Origin: Acidobacteriota bacterium
GTDB taxonomy: Bacteria > Acidobacteriota > Vicinamibacteria > Vicinamibacterales > CAVVIG01
Direction of reading: 5' to 3'
DNA: 32,641 nt
Assembly (NCBI GenBank): GCA_003222455.1
Contig: QHWF01000011.1
Location: 1-32,641, forward strand
Shown: positions 1-7,961 of the stretch, piece by piece
Position numbering within the stretch: the first letter of the stretch is position 1
Layout: every line of letters begins with the position of its first letter
Notes under the pieces: model-generated
What the model saw: the letters and a program-made list of their open reading frames with translations, nothing else
Told to the model about the DNA's origin: nothing
Databases searched by the model: none
Translations under genes and position numbers: made by a program

Positions 1-309
1 CGTGAAGCCGCGGCGCTTCGCCATGTCAAGTACGCACCCCACGAGCGCCCGGCCGATGCCGAGCCGGCGGTCGCGAGAGTCCACGATCACCTGCGTGATG
101 AATGCCTGCTTCGTCGCGTGGTCGTTGCAGTAGAACGCGACGAAGCCCCGGCATCGGCCCTCGGCCGAATCCGACAGGATCTCGGCCCTCGCGCCGAGCT
201 TGGCTAAATACAGATCGACATCGACATCTCCGATAAAGCCAGGACCCTGTCGCGCAAGTTCTTCGAGGATGAGCGCCTTGAAGGAGTCAGAGGGGCTCAC
301 ATCACTCAT
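1..309 (-). CDS. GNAT-family N-acetyltransferase, partial (3' end lies beyond the left window edge)
   Basis: Absent from the ORF track because it is open to the window edge. My reverse-strand translation from ATG 309..307 gives MSDVSPSDSFKALILEELARQGPGFIG...GFVAFYCNDHATKQAFITQVIVDSRDRRLGIGRALVGCVLDMAKRRGFT. The segment VIVDSRDRRLGIGRAL is the GNAT motif-A acetyl-CoA signature (R-x-x-G-x-G). The ATG overlaps the stop of the upstream frame (ATGAGTGA). Confidence 0.7.
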   Translation of the reverse strand, partial: MSDVSPSDSFKALILEELARQGPGFIGDVDVDLYLAKLGARAEILSDSAEGRCRGFVAFYCNDHATKQAFITQVIVDSRDRRLGIGRALVGCVLDMAKRRGFT

Positions 310-701
310 GCAAGCGACTTCCGGCGACCAGCATCAAGGACCCGCCCACCGGCCAACGCATCCCGTGACGAATCGTCCAGCGTTCCAGATCCATGATCCT
401 GGCGAACAGCCAGTTGAGCGGCCCGATCTTGAACTCCCCGGCGCTGTCGTACGAGCCGCCCCGCCACTTAGCGAGGAGCCGCACCGCAGCCATCGCGGGA
501 AAAAGGACGGAGAAAGTGCGCCTCAATCAGCTTCCACGACGCATACACGCTGCCGTCGTCCACGAAAATGATCTCGAACGCATCCTCGGGAAGACCCTCT
601 CGCTGACACAAGTCGTCGAGCACGCGTACCAGCGCGTGTGCCAACTCGGGAATGTTGCCGGCTTCGTTCAAGACAGGAACAACGACCGAAACGGCGATCA
701 C
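302..701 (-). pseudogene. Family-2 glycosyltransferase remnant (N-terminal ~55 aa, then a frame change and a short unrelated or shifted tail)
   Basis: ORF 468..701 begins (GTG) MIAVSVVVPVLNEAGNIPELAHALVRVLDDL...FEIIFVDDGS, the classic GT2 N-terminus, but stops after 77 aa. GC3-rich coding signal continues in the other frame (ORF 302..526), which is coupled to the GNAT start. Total length is about 133 codons, far too short for a GT-A domain, and no DxD region is present. Confidence 0.45.
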
Positions 702-902
702 CCGGTTCGCTTCAGGATGCGTTCGTCAGCGCCTCATTCGTCGACGACATCTGATCTCAGGCATATCACAGGCACATGAACCGGTGCGGCATCGCCCTGA
801 TCGATGGACGCTCCTGGCGTCCGTGTCCCCTCCAGGATGAGGGACCGAGTCGCCTCGGGGAGCATTGGCTCGGGGAATCCGATGGCGTGGTGCTACTGCC
901 GC

Positions 903-2177
903 TCAAATGGCGCTGACGATGTGCGGTTCAGGCAGCGGGACGAGGTACTGTCCCTTGAAGCCTCGTTGACGAAGTTTGGGGATCAGCTCGTCGGCGATGT
1001 GCCAGGACAGCAACAGCGCAAACTCCGGCTGGTCCTCGAAGAGACGCGCCTCGTCCACGACCGGCACGAGGGTTCCGGGCATGTACTTGCCAACCTTGTA
1101 CGAGTCCTTCACCTCGACCACACAGTCGAGAATCTCCCGGTCGAGGCCGACATAACTGATCAGGGTGCTCGCACGCGATGGCGCGCCCACTCCGTAGATG
1201 TGGCTGCCGCGCCCGAGCAGATCCTTCAAGAGCGCGTGCAGTTGCACTTTCGACATGGCGACATGACGCTTGAATGCCTTCAACCGGTCTGAAACCGGCC
1301 CGCCGGCGCGTTCTTCCGCGAAGACCTGCTGGACTGTCGGCATGACCTTTCGCGCACCGCGGCGCGCCGCATAGACCCTGATGGAGCCGCCGTGCGTCGG
1401 GATCCGCTTCGTGTGAATCACCTCGAGGCCATGCATGTTCAGGAGGAACTGCATGCTCTCGAGCGAGTAATGGCGGAGATGCTCGTGGTAAATCGTGTCG
1501 TACTGGAGCGTCTCGATCAGCGCTATCAGGTAGTGCGACTCGGTGATGAAGACCCCATCGTCTGCGAGCAGGGCGAGGACGCTTTTCACGATATCGTGGA
1601 TGCCCTCGATGTGTGCGAATACATTGGTCGCGGTGACGACACCGGCCTTTCCGCATTCATCGACCACACGTGCGGCCGCTTCCGGGCCGAAGAAACTCAT
1701 GATCGAGCGAATGCCACGCTGGTTGGCGAGGTTCGCCATCAATGTGGGCTCGACGCCGCAGACCGGATGCCCGGCCGCATGGAAGTTCTGCAGCAGGGTG
1801 CCGTCGTTCGAACCAATGTCCACGACGAGCTCCTTGCCGGTGAGGTTCAGCAGCAGCGTCGACTCTCGCTCGAGCTCGGCAAAGTTCTCACGAAGAATGC
1901 GGGTTGTCCCGCTGGTGTACGGATACTCCGGCGGAAACAGAATCGCGGGATCGACGATCAGCCCGATTTGCACGAGCTGGCATTTCGAACAGTGCAGGAC
2001 CTCGGCCGGATAGGAGGGTTGCTCGTGCGGGCGCTCTCCGATCGTTCGCATCTGGTTGACTGGGGGCAGATAGCCGAGAAACAGGACCGACTCGAGATCC
2101 CTCTTCCCGCAGACCTGACACTGATCGACGACGACACTGCCGCCGGTTCCTGCCGCGCGCGCAAGCTGTTGAGACAC
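903..2177 (-). CDS. NDP-sugar C-methyltransferase (zinc-ribbon + class I SAM-MT + C-methyltransferase C-terminal domain; TylC3/NovU-like architecture)
   Basis: ORF 903..2177, 424 aa. It has an N-terminal Cys pair-of-pairs (CQVCG ... CSKCQ), the SAM motif LVVDIGSNDG, and a C-terminal half (YDTIYHEHLRHYS, HGGSIRVY, IYGVGAPSRASTL) typical of sugar 3-C-methyltransferases. The GTG start at 2177 lies 5 nt downstream of GAGGGGG. Confidence 0.85.
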   Translation of the reverse strand: MSQQLARAAGTGGSVVVDQCQVCGKRDLESVLFLGYLPPVNQMRTIGERPHEQPSYPAEVLHCSKCQLVQIGLIVDPAILFPPEYPYTSGTTRILRENFAELERESTLLLNLTGKELVVDIGSNDGTLLQNFHAAGHPVCGVEPTLMANLANQRGIRSIMSFFGPEAAARVVDECGKAGVVTATNVFAHIEGIHDIVKSVLALLADDGVFITESHYLIALIETLQYDTIYHEHLRHYSLESMQFLLNMHGLEVIHTKRIPTHGGSIRVYAARRGARKVMPTVQQVFAEERAGGPVSDRLKAFKRHVAMSKVQLHALLKDLLGRGSHIYGVGAPSRASTLISYVGLDREILDCVVEVKDSYKVGKYMPGTLVPVVDEARLFEDQPEFALLLSWHIADELIPKLRQRGFKGQYLVPLPEPHIVSAI

Positions 2178-2181
2178 TGAG

Positions 2182-2188
2182 CCCCCTC
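2182..2188 (-). promoter_or_regulatory. Shine-Dalgarno-like GAGGGGG for the C-methyltransferase, overlapping the SDR stop codon
   Basis: The minus strand reads CTGAGGGGGCTCAGTG. The purine-rich element overlaps the TGA stop (2187..2189) and sits 5 nt upstream of the GTG at 2177. Confidence 0.5.
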
Positions 2189-3182
2189 AGCGTTGGACGA
2201 CCCGCTCGTCGGCGGGGACATGCGAGTGCTCATCGTACCAGCGAACCACGCCCGGCAACGCCTCTCGCAGTGAGAATCTCGGTTGGTAACCGAGCTTCAG
2301 CATTTTGGTGATATCCGGACACCGGCGGTTCGTCCCGCCGTCCGCCGGCGGTCCGGGCACGATCTGGATCGGCCGGCCGAAGTGTTCCGCCACGATCGCG
2401 GCGACCGACTCGATCGCGACCTCCTCGAACGTCCCCACGTGATAGATGCCGCGGTGCTCGCCCCGCTCGAGGACGATCATCACGCCGTCGATGAAGTCGT
2501 CCACGAAGACGAACGAACGCGTCTGACGACCGGTGCCTTGAATGGTGAACGGAATCGGATCGGACGGATGCTGCTGCAGAGCTTTCAGACGAGCCACGAA
2601 CTGCGGAATGACATGCTCCTGTCCCATGTCGGGCCCATAGACGTTGTGCGGCCGCACGATCGTCACGCGCTTGAAGTGGTCCCGGCCGTAGTTCAGCGCG
2701 ACGATCTCGCTGATGATCTTCCCTGCCGCGTACGAATACCGTGGATTCAGCGGATCGGGAATCGACAAAGCGACGCTTTCATCGGTCGGCACGACCTTCG
2801 GCTCCTGGTACACCTCGGAGCTCGACATCACCATCAGCTCGGGAACGCGATGACGGATGCTCGATTCGAGCACGTTCGTGATCCCCTTCAATGCGACATC
2901 GAGGACCAGGTCGGGCTTCGTATAGAAGAATTCCGTGCCGTTCACGAACGCCAGGTGGCATACGATATCGATGCCCGCACAGGCGCGGTCGACCGCCGCC
3001 GGATCCCGGATGTCGCCCTCGACGTACTCGAATCGCCCCTGGAGATCCTGCAGGCGCGACGCGCGGCCGCGCGAATTGTTGTCGAGAACGCGCACGCGCT
3101 TCCCTTCTCCGACGAGGCGCCTGACCAGCGCGGATCCCAGAAACCCTGTACCGCCTGTCACCAATAGAAACGGCACGCTCAC
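2187..3182 (-). CDS. NAD-dependent sugar epimerase/dehydratase/decarboxylase (extended SDR)
   Basis: The track ORF 2187..3575 carries an Arg/Gly-rich N-terminal extension that overlaps the upstream GT2 gene. Homology starts at VSVPFLLVTGGTGFLGSALV (Rossmann GxxGxxG). GTG 3182..3180 overlaps the GT2 stop (ATGTGA). The catalytic region is SSSEVY ... YSYAAGK (YxxxK). FEYVEGDI and PLNPRYSYAAGK resemble the ArnA C-terminal / UDP-glucuronate decarboxylase branch, but that sub-assignment is inference. Confidence 0.88.
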   Translation of the reverse strand: MSVPFLLVTGGTGFLGSALVRRLVGEGKRVRVLDNNSRGRASRLQDLQGRFEYVEGDIRDPAAVDRACAGIDIVCHLAFVNGTEFFYTKPDLVLDVALKGITNVLESSIRHRVPELMVMSSSEVYQEPKVVPTDESVALSIPDPLNPRYSYAAGKIISEIVALNYGRDHFKRVTIVRPHNVYGPDMGQEHVIPQFVARLKALQQHPSDPIPFTIQGTGRQTRSFVFVDDFIDGVMIVLERGEHRGIYHVGTFEEVAIESVAAIVAEHFGRPIQIVPGPPADGGTNRRCPDITKMLKLGYQPRFSLREALPGVVRWYDEHSHVPADERVVQR

Positions 3183-3976
3183 ATCCTGACCTTTCCACCC
3201 ATCGCCGTCGCCGACGGGATACGGACCCGGACTGTAGTGGTGCGGGATGAGCGCGATCGGAACGATTGACGCAGCCCCCACATGAACCAGCGCAGGTATT
3301 CCGCCACCCACGGACCGAGCACGAACGTCGATTTCCCGCCGTACAACCGGTCGATCGACACGATCGGCACTTCGCCCAGTGTGAGCCCGGCGAGCTGTGC
3401 CTTGATGCCCATCTCGAACGCCACCGCCCAACCGATGGGTCGAGCCTCGAGATGGAGCCGATCGAACAACTCCGGCCGGAACATCTTGATGCCGGTCGTC
3501 GCATCCGTGAGCTGGCACCCCGAGAGCCGGCAGAACATGCGGTTCGCAATCCGCGAGAGGATACCGCCGATCCACGATCCCCCGAGCCGCCGGCCGCCGT
3601 GCGCGTACCGGGTGCAGCTGACGAAATCGCAGCCCTGTTCCATCAGCTCAATCATGTCGTCGATGGCGAGCACGGGGCCGACTTCATCCGCGGCAAAGAT
3701 CAACACGTACTTGCCTCTCGCCTCGGCGACGCCGGTGCGCAGCGCGTTGAGAATGCCGCGGCCGAGGCGGTTGTGAACGGCGCGCACGCGCCGATACTCC
3801 GGCGACATCCCGCCCACGACCACGAGGCTTTCATCGCCTTCCTGATCGAAGACCACGAGCACCTCGTGGGGAACGTCGACCACAGCCTTCAGGATCTTCA
3901 ACATGATCTTGAGGTTGAGGCCCTCGTTCCTCACGGGCATGAGGATGGTGAGGACTGTATCGGCGTCGCGGCTCAC
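3179..3976 (-). CDS. Short soluble family-2 glycosyltransferase, DPM1/ArnC-like (candidate polyprenyl-phosphate sugar synthase)
   Basis: ORF 3179..3976, 265 aa. Motifs are LTILMPVRNEG (GT2 N-terminus), SRIANRMFCRLSGCQLTDATTGIKMFRPELF (DPM1-type acceptor loop) and RLYGGKSTF. The nucleotide and DxD positions are atypical (VVFDQEGDES, IFAADE instead of DDGS / DAD). Confidence 0.8.
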   Translation of the reverse strand: MSRDADTVLTILMPVRNEGLNLKIMLKILKAVVDVPHEVLVVFDQEGDESLVVVGGMSPEYRRVRAVHNRLGRGILNALRTGVAEARGKYVLIFAADEVGPVLAIDDMIELMEQGCDFVSCTRYAHGGRRLGGSWIGGILSRIANRMFCRLSGCQLTDATTGIKMFRPELFDRLHLEARPIGWAVAFEMGIKAQLAGLTLGEVPIVSIDRLYGGKSTFVLGPWVAEYLRWFMWGLRQSFRSRSSRTTTVRVRIPSATAMGGKVRM

Positions 3977-3982
3977 AAGGCG

Positions 3983-5089
3983 TCAGCGCTGATAGTACTG
4001 CCGGATTCGGGTGCACACGGCCGACACGTCGTCGTCGGACAGCGACAGCGCGGAGGGCAGCCAGAGTGCCCGATCTGCCACGCTCATGGCGTTCGGGAAA
4101 TCGGCATCCGGCCGGCGATACGGACGCTGGGTGTGAAGCGGGTACCAGAACGGACGGCAATGCATGTCGTGTTCGAGCAGGAACGCGACGAGCCGGTCAC
4201 GGTCGGTCGCGAGCACGTCCACCCATTGCGGAGATTCCCCGCGGTCCACGGCGAACGGCAGCACGCGAATCTGGCCGACGCCAGCGAGGCCGTCGCGATA
4301 GCCACGATAGATCTTCTTCAGACGATCCGCGCGCGAGTCGAGTCGATCGAGTTGGGCAATGCCCACCGCCGATTGCAGATTGGTCAGCTTGAAATTGAAC
4401 CCGATGCTCGCGTGCACGTCGTTACCGCCTGTGCCGCGGACCGGACGCCCCTGATCTTTCAGCTGTCGCAACCGAACCGCCAGCGACTCGTCGTCGGTGA
4501 CGACGAGCCCGCCCTGGCCAGTGGTGATCGTCTTGTTCGGAGAGAACGAAAAGCAGCCTGCCCGTCCGAACGTCCCGAGGTACCGCCCGGCATGACTGGA
4601 GAAGAGCGCTTCGGCGGCGTCCTCAATGACCACGACGCCGCGATCCCGCGCAAGCGGCAGAATATGCTCCAGGGGCGCCGCACGGCCACTGACATGGACG
4701 GGCACGACGGCCTTCGTTCGCCCGGTGATCGCGCCCGCGAATGCGTCCGGTGCCATGTTCAGCGTCCCGGGATCGACGTCAACCAACACGGGGGTCGCGC
4801 CCGTAAGAGTAGCGGCGTTGGCGGTGGCGATGAAGGTGAGATCGGGCACGATCACCTCGTCGCCGGCCGCCACGCCGGCCGCGACGAGCGCCAGGAATAT
4901 CGCCGTCGTGCCGCTGGTGACGGCAACCGCGTGCCTCGCGCCGAGCCTCGCGGCCATCCGCCGTTCGAACTCGGTGGTGACGTCGCCGTCGTTGAGGTAG
5001 TTGCTGTCGAGGACGCGGAGCACCATCTCTCGTTCTTCGGCGCCGGTCTCCGGCCGCCACCAGGGGATTGTGGTCTTGGTCGTGATCAT
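3983..5089 (-). CDS. DegT/DnrJ/EryC1/StrS-family PLP-dependent sugar aminotransferase
   Basis: ORF 3983..5089, 368 aa. Motifs are AVAVTSGTTAIFLAL, GDEVIVPDLTFIATANA and the PLP-lysine motif FSFSPNKTITTGQGG. ATG 5089 overlaps the upstream stop as ATGA. Confidence 0.9.
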   Translation of the reverse strand: MITTKTTIPWWRPETGAEEREMVLRVLDSNYLNDGDVTTEFERRMAARLGARHAVAVTSGTTAIFLALVAAGVAAGDEVIVPDLTFIATANAATLTGATPVLVDVDPGTLNMAPDAFAGAITGRTKAVVPVHVSGRAAPLEHILPLARDRGVVVIEDAAEALFSSHAGRYLGTFGRAGCFSFSPNKTITTGQGGLVVTDDESLAVRLRQLKDQGRPVRGTGGNDVHASIGFNFKLTNLQSAVGIAQLDRLDSRADRLKKIYRGYRDGLAGVGQIRVLPFAVDRGESPQWVDVLATDRDRLVAFLLEHDMHCRPFWYPLHTQRPYRRPDADFPNAMSVADRALWLPSALSLSDDDVSAVCTRIRQYYQR

Positions 5090-5628
5090 GCTTTGTGCCT
5101 CAATGCTTCGAGCCTCCGCTCGATCAGCCTGACCTGCGCCGTGACAGCTTCATGGTTGCGCCGGCCGATGAGCCGAATCGGCACGCCAGCATAGACGGAC
5201 CAGGGCTCAAAACGAAACCGCGCCGGCACAAAACTCAGCGCGCCGATCACAGTGCCTTCGGGGATGTCATTGCCCGGCATCACGACGCTGTTGGAGCCGA
5301 CCGCCGTGCAGTCGGCCAGGCTCACATCGCCCTCGATGAGATGTTCCTTGATCGGTCCGACACCGTCCGGGAGAATGGCGACGACGTCGTTGACGAAGTC
5401 GTCGCTCGTGCACCAGATCTTGACGCCCGACGACAGGCTGCAGTAGTCACCGAGCGTGAACTGACGCGCTCGGCCGCCCGCTATCGAACAGCCCGACGCG
5501 ATGTGCGAACACACGCCGATCCGCACGCGCGTGGAGAAATAGCAGAAGTCATCGACGATCGAGTGCTCCCCGATCTCGAACAGGTCGGGATGCCGAATCC
5601 TCACGTTCGGCGACACGAGCGGCGTCAT
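5086..5628 (-). CDS. Left-handed beta-helix (hexapeptide-repeat) sugar acyltransferase
   Basis: The track ORF is 5086..5685. I prefer ATG 5628 (MTPLVSPNVRIRHPDLFEIGEHSIV...), which lies 7 nt after the Nudix stop. Imperfect hexapeptide repeats run throughout (IGVCSHIASGCSIAGG, LGDYCSLSSGVKIW, VGSNSVVMPGNDIPEGTVIGA). Confidence 0.8.
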   Translation of the reverse strand: MTPLVSPNVRIRHPDLFEIGEHSIVDDFCYFSTRVRIGVCSHIASGCSIAGGRARQFTLGDYCSLSSGVKIWCTSDDFVNDVVAILPDGVGPIKEHLIEGDVSLADCTAVGSNSVVMPGNDIPEGTVIGALSFVPARFRFEPWSVYAGVPIRLIGRRNHEAVTAQVRLIERRLEALRHKA

Positions 5629-5635
5629 GCGCCTG

Positions 5636-6184
5636 TCACAGCGTGATGTACCCGGCCCGGACCGACAAGAAGATCGCCGCCACATGGAGCGCGTGATCGA
5701 ATGTTCCTTCGCTCATCCATCGCGCGAGTTCGGCGGCGGTGGCCACGACGACGTCAACCCCGGGCTCCTGTTCCCATGTGCCCGTGCCCTTGGACGCCTC
5801 CGTGAAATACACCCACATCCGGTTGGCCAATCGGCCGGTGTCGGGCTTCAGACAGCCCACCGAATGCAGACGCGCCGCCGTGTAGCCTGTCTCTTCGGCG
5901 AGCTCGACCCGCGCCGCATCCTCGGGATCCTGTCCCAGTTCCACGTGGCCAGCCGGAAGCTCCAGTGTAACGGCCTCGACCGCGGGACGGAATTGCCGAA
6001 CCAGTACGAACGATCCGTCCCCCGTGGTCGCGACCACCGAGACGTAGTCGAGCATATCGAGCGAGTAGTACGGCTCGCCGCTCGGCTGCCCGTCGAGGCG
6101 CTTCCCAATCACACGAAAAAACGCGGTGGTCAGGACCGCTTCACGACTGGCAATTCGGGGCCCTGATGTGTCGCCCGATTTCAT
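5636..6184 (-). CDS. Nudix hydrolase (nucleoside-diphosphate-sugar / ADP-ribose pyrophosphatase-like)
   Basis: The track ORF is 5636..6211. ATG 6184 overlaps the dehydrogenase stop as ATGA. The Nudix box is GHVELGQDPEDAARVELAEETGY. The EE pair is present, while the first Glu (Q here) and the RE pair (RVE here) deviate slightly from GX5EX7REUXEEXGU. Confidence 0.8.
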   Translation of the reverse strand: MKSGDTSGPRIASREAVLTTAFFRVIGKRLDGQPSGEPYYSLDMLDYVSVVATTGDGSFVLVRQFRPAVEAVTLELPAGHVELGQDPEDAARVELAEETGYTAARLHSVGCLKPDTGRLANRMWVYFTEASKGTGTWEQEPGVDVVVATAAELARWMSEGTFDHALHVAAIFLSVRAGYITL

Positions 6185-7377
6185 GGCGAGTTGATCGGCA
6201 GAACACCCCACAGGTCGACGACATCGACGCCGTCGGGGACGACCAGCGTTTTATAGGCCGAGTGCGGCACGCCGACGATGACCACGTCGCTCGAGGCGAC
6301 GAGCTGTTCCTTCGTGATGAAGGTCGGATCTTTCGCGAACTCGTCGGAGTACAAGACCTGTGCGCCCTGAAACCGCAGGACCTTGCCGAGCTTGTACGAC
6401 AGCGAATCGCGAATGTCGTCTATGTCGGCCTTGAACGCCATCCCGAGGATCCCGACCCGCATCTCCGACAGCTTGTGCCGTCGGCTGAGGCTGTCCACGA
6501 GGTAATTGGGAAGCCCTTCGTTGATGGCCATCGCCGCGTGTCCAAGGGTGAAGCTGTTGTTGTTGAAGGCCGCCAGCTGCATCGTGTCCTTGAGCAGACA
6601 GGGTCCGGCAGCGAACCCGGCGCCGGGCAGGCTGGCCGCTCGTCCGTACCCGTCCACCATCGCCTGTCGCACGCGGGTGAAATCGAGCCCGATGCTCTCG
6701 GCGACCATATAGAACTGGTTCGCGGCGGCGAACTGAATATAGCGCCAGGCGTTCGAAAACAACTTCGCCAGCTCCGCTTCCTCGACTTCGAGCGTGATCA
6801 CCTGGGGGGCAATCAGCGAAAACAGTTCCGTCGCCCGGCGAACCGCTTCCTCCGAACATCCGGAGACGATCTGAGGGAGGTCCTTCAACTCGCGAATCGC
6901 GTGTCCCTGCGCGATCCGTTCCGGGCAATACGCCACATGCCAGTTGTGGCCGTCTTCGTTCAGCGCACGCAGCACGAAGCGGCACGTCCGCGGGAAGACC
7001 GTGCTCCTGATGATGATCGTCTGGTCTGGATCGAGATTCGGCTTGATCGCCTTGAACAGATCGATCAGCGCCCGAAGCTTTGGATTGAGATACTCGTCGA
7101 CCGGCGTGCCGACGGCGACAATGATGTGCTTCGCGCGTGCCATGTCGCGCGGGTCCGACGAAAACAGCAGCCGCTGATCGCGCAGCGCCGCCTGCAGGAG
7201 CGGCTCGGCGCCGTACTCGATGAACGGCATCGTGCCGCCGGCGATCTGCTTCAGCGCGTCGGCGTTCAGATCGTAGATGATGACGCGCTGTCCGGCAGCC
7301 GCGAACACGAGCGCCAGCGGCAGTCCGACATGGCCGGCACCGCCGATGATGCAGATATCAACGTCCCGTTGCGTCAT
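6181..7377 (-). CDS. Nucleotide-sugar 6-dehydrogenase (UDP-glucose/GDP-mannose dehydrogenase family)
   Basis: The track ORF 6181..7680 has a 101-aa non-homologous extension. The true start is ATG 7377 (MTQRDVDICIIGGAGHVGLPLALVFA, a GxGxxG fold). Other motifs are VAVGTPVD, YCPERIAQG and the catalytic Cys in AAGPCLLKDT. Confidence 0.9.
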   Translation of the reverse strand: MTQRDVDICIIGGAGHVGLPLALVFAAAGQRVIIYDLNADALKQIAGGTMPFIEYGAEPLLQAALRDQRLLFSSDPRDMARAKHIIVAVGTPVDEYLNPKLRALIDLFKAIKPNLDPDQTIIIRSTVFPRTCRFVLRALNEDGHNWHVAYCPERIAQGHAIRELKDLPQIVSGCSEEAVRRATELFSLIAPQVITLEVEEAELAKLFSNAWRYIQFAAANQFYMVAESIGLDFTRVRQAMVDGYGRAASLPGAGFAAGPCLLKDTMQLAAFNNNSFTLGHAAMAINEGLPNYLVDSLSRRHKLSEMRVGILGMAFKADIDDIRDSLSYKLGKVLRFQGAQVLYSDEFAKDPTFITKEQLVASSDVVIVGVPHSAYKTLVVPDGVDVVDLWGVLPINSP

Positions 7378-7891
7378 AGCTTGATGTAGCCGGTCTGGAC
7401 CGACAGAACAGCGAGGCGACGTGGAACGCGTGGTCGAACGTTCCTTCGCTGAGGCATCGCGCCACGTCGGCCGGCGTGGCCACGACGACGTCAACGCCGG
7501 GCTCCGATTGCCAGGGAATGATCCGCGGGAGCAGCGATTCCTTGATCGGATGGGTCGTGTACATGCCGGGCCACGGCTGATACCAGACGTCGAAGACCGC
7601 CAATTCCTGCCTGAAACCACGTATGAAATACTGTCCAAGGACAACGGAGGCGACGAGCGCGATTGCGATCGAACGTCCATTCATCGCCCGGCAACGACGG
7701 ACCGCAGGAACGAGCTGCACTCTGTGCATGACCAGGTAGAGAACGGGATGGTGGACGAGCATCTGTCCCAGAAGTTGGCGACCCGCGAGCGAGAAGCCCT
7801 GATACTCATACGTCAGTGGCGCCGAGTCCCGTATCAGCGGCTCGGCAGACGATGCAGCGTAGACGCCGGAATCGCCCAGCGCGTAGACCAT
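7358..7891 (-). pseudogene. Chimeric remnant: middle part of an SGNH/DltD-like paralogue joined to the Nudix 3' fragment
   Basis: This is the frame of ORF 7358..8095, with an internal ATG at 7891. DSGVYAASSAEPLIRDSAPLTYEYQGFSLAGRQLLGQMLVHHP aligns with DSGYAPLRDADGRPAYNFGLPGVSIRELLAAFEHVVALHP of the intact gene at 17878..19254. The last ~45 aa are the Nudix remnant. The frame overruns the dehydrogenase start by 20 nt. Confidence 0.45.
7374..7513 (-). repeat. Duplicated 3' end of the Nudix gene (about 140 nt; partner copy at 5636..5775)
   Basis: The DNA aligns by eye with one 1-nt gap. The protein WQSEPGVDVVVATPADVARCLSEGTFDHAFHVASLF matches WEQEPGVDVVVATAAELARWMSEGTFDHALHVAAIF. If the 1-nt deletion is repaired, the remnant ends ...SVQTGYIKL-stop, with its TGA overlapping the dehydrogenase ATG as ATGA. 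Confidence 0.8.
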
Positions 7892-7961
7892 GGATTCGGC
7901 CGCTCCGTCCAGAAGCCGGAGGTCAACGCGAAATCGCCGAACGACACGGAACTGGCGAAGT

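Noticed and set aside
806-858. Three short inverted repeats in the only sizeable intergenic gap (ggacgc-tcctg-gcgtcc at 806..822; an imperfect gtcccctc/gagggac pair; ccgag-tcgc-ctcgg at 845..858), considered as a terminator after the C-methyltransferase
   Set aside because: The stems are only 5-7 bp and none is followed by a U-run on the minus strand. Such palindromes are frequent by chance in GC-rich DNA, so I cannot support a terminator or promoter call.
3266-5194. 642-aa plus-strand ORF, the longest plus-strand ORF in the window
   Set aside because: It lies antisense to three well-supported minus-strand genes (GT2, DegT, LbH). The translation is Arg/Pro/His/Gly-rich with no recognisable motif. 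This is a typical shadow ORF of high-GC DNA. The same reasoning applies to the plus ORFs 6166..7389, 10008..11240, 14260..15639, 15782..16552, 18981..19886, 24619..25392, 27608..28552 and 30826..32190.
7378-7680. Long N-terminal extensions offered by the ORF track for the dehydrogenase (to 7680), SDR (to 3575), GT2 (to 9508) and DegT (to 11363)
   Set aside because: The extensions overlap the preceding gene, are Arg/Ser/Pro-rich and have no homology-like features. In each case family homology begins at an internal ATG/GTG that forms a 4-nt overlap with the upstream stop, or lies just after it.
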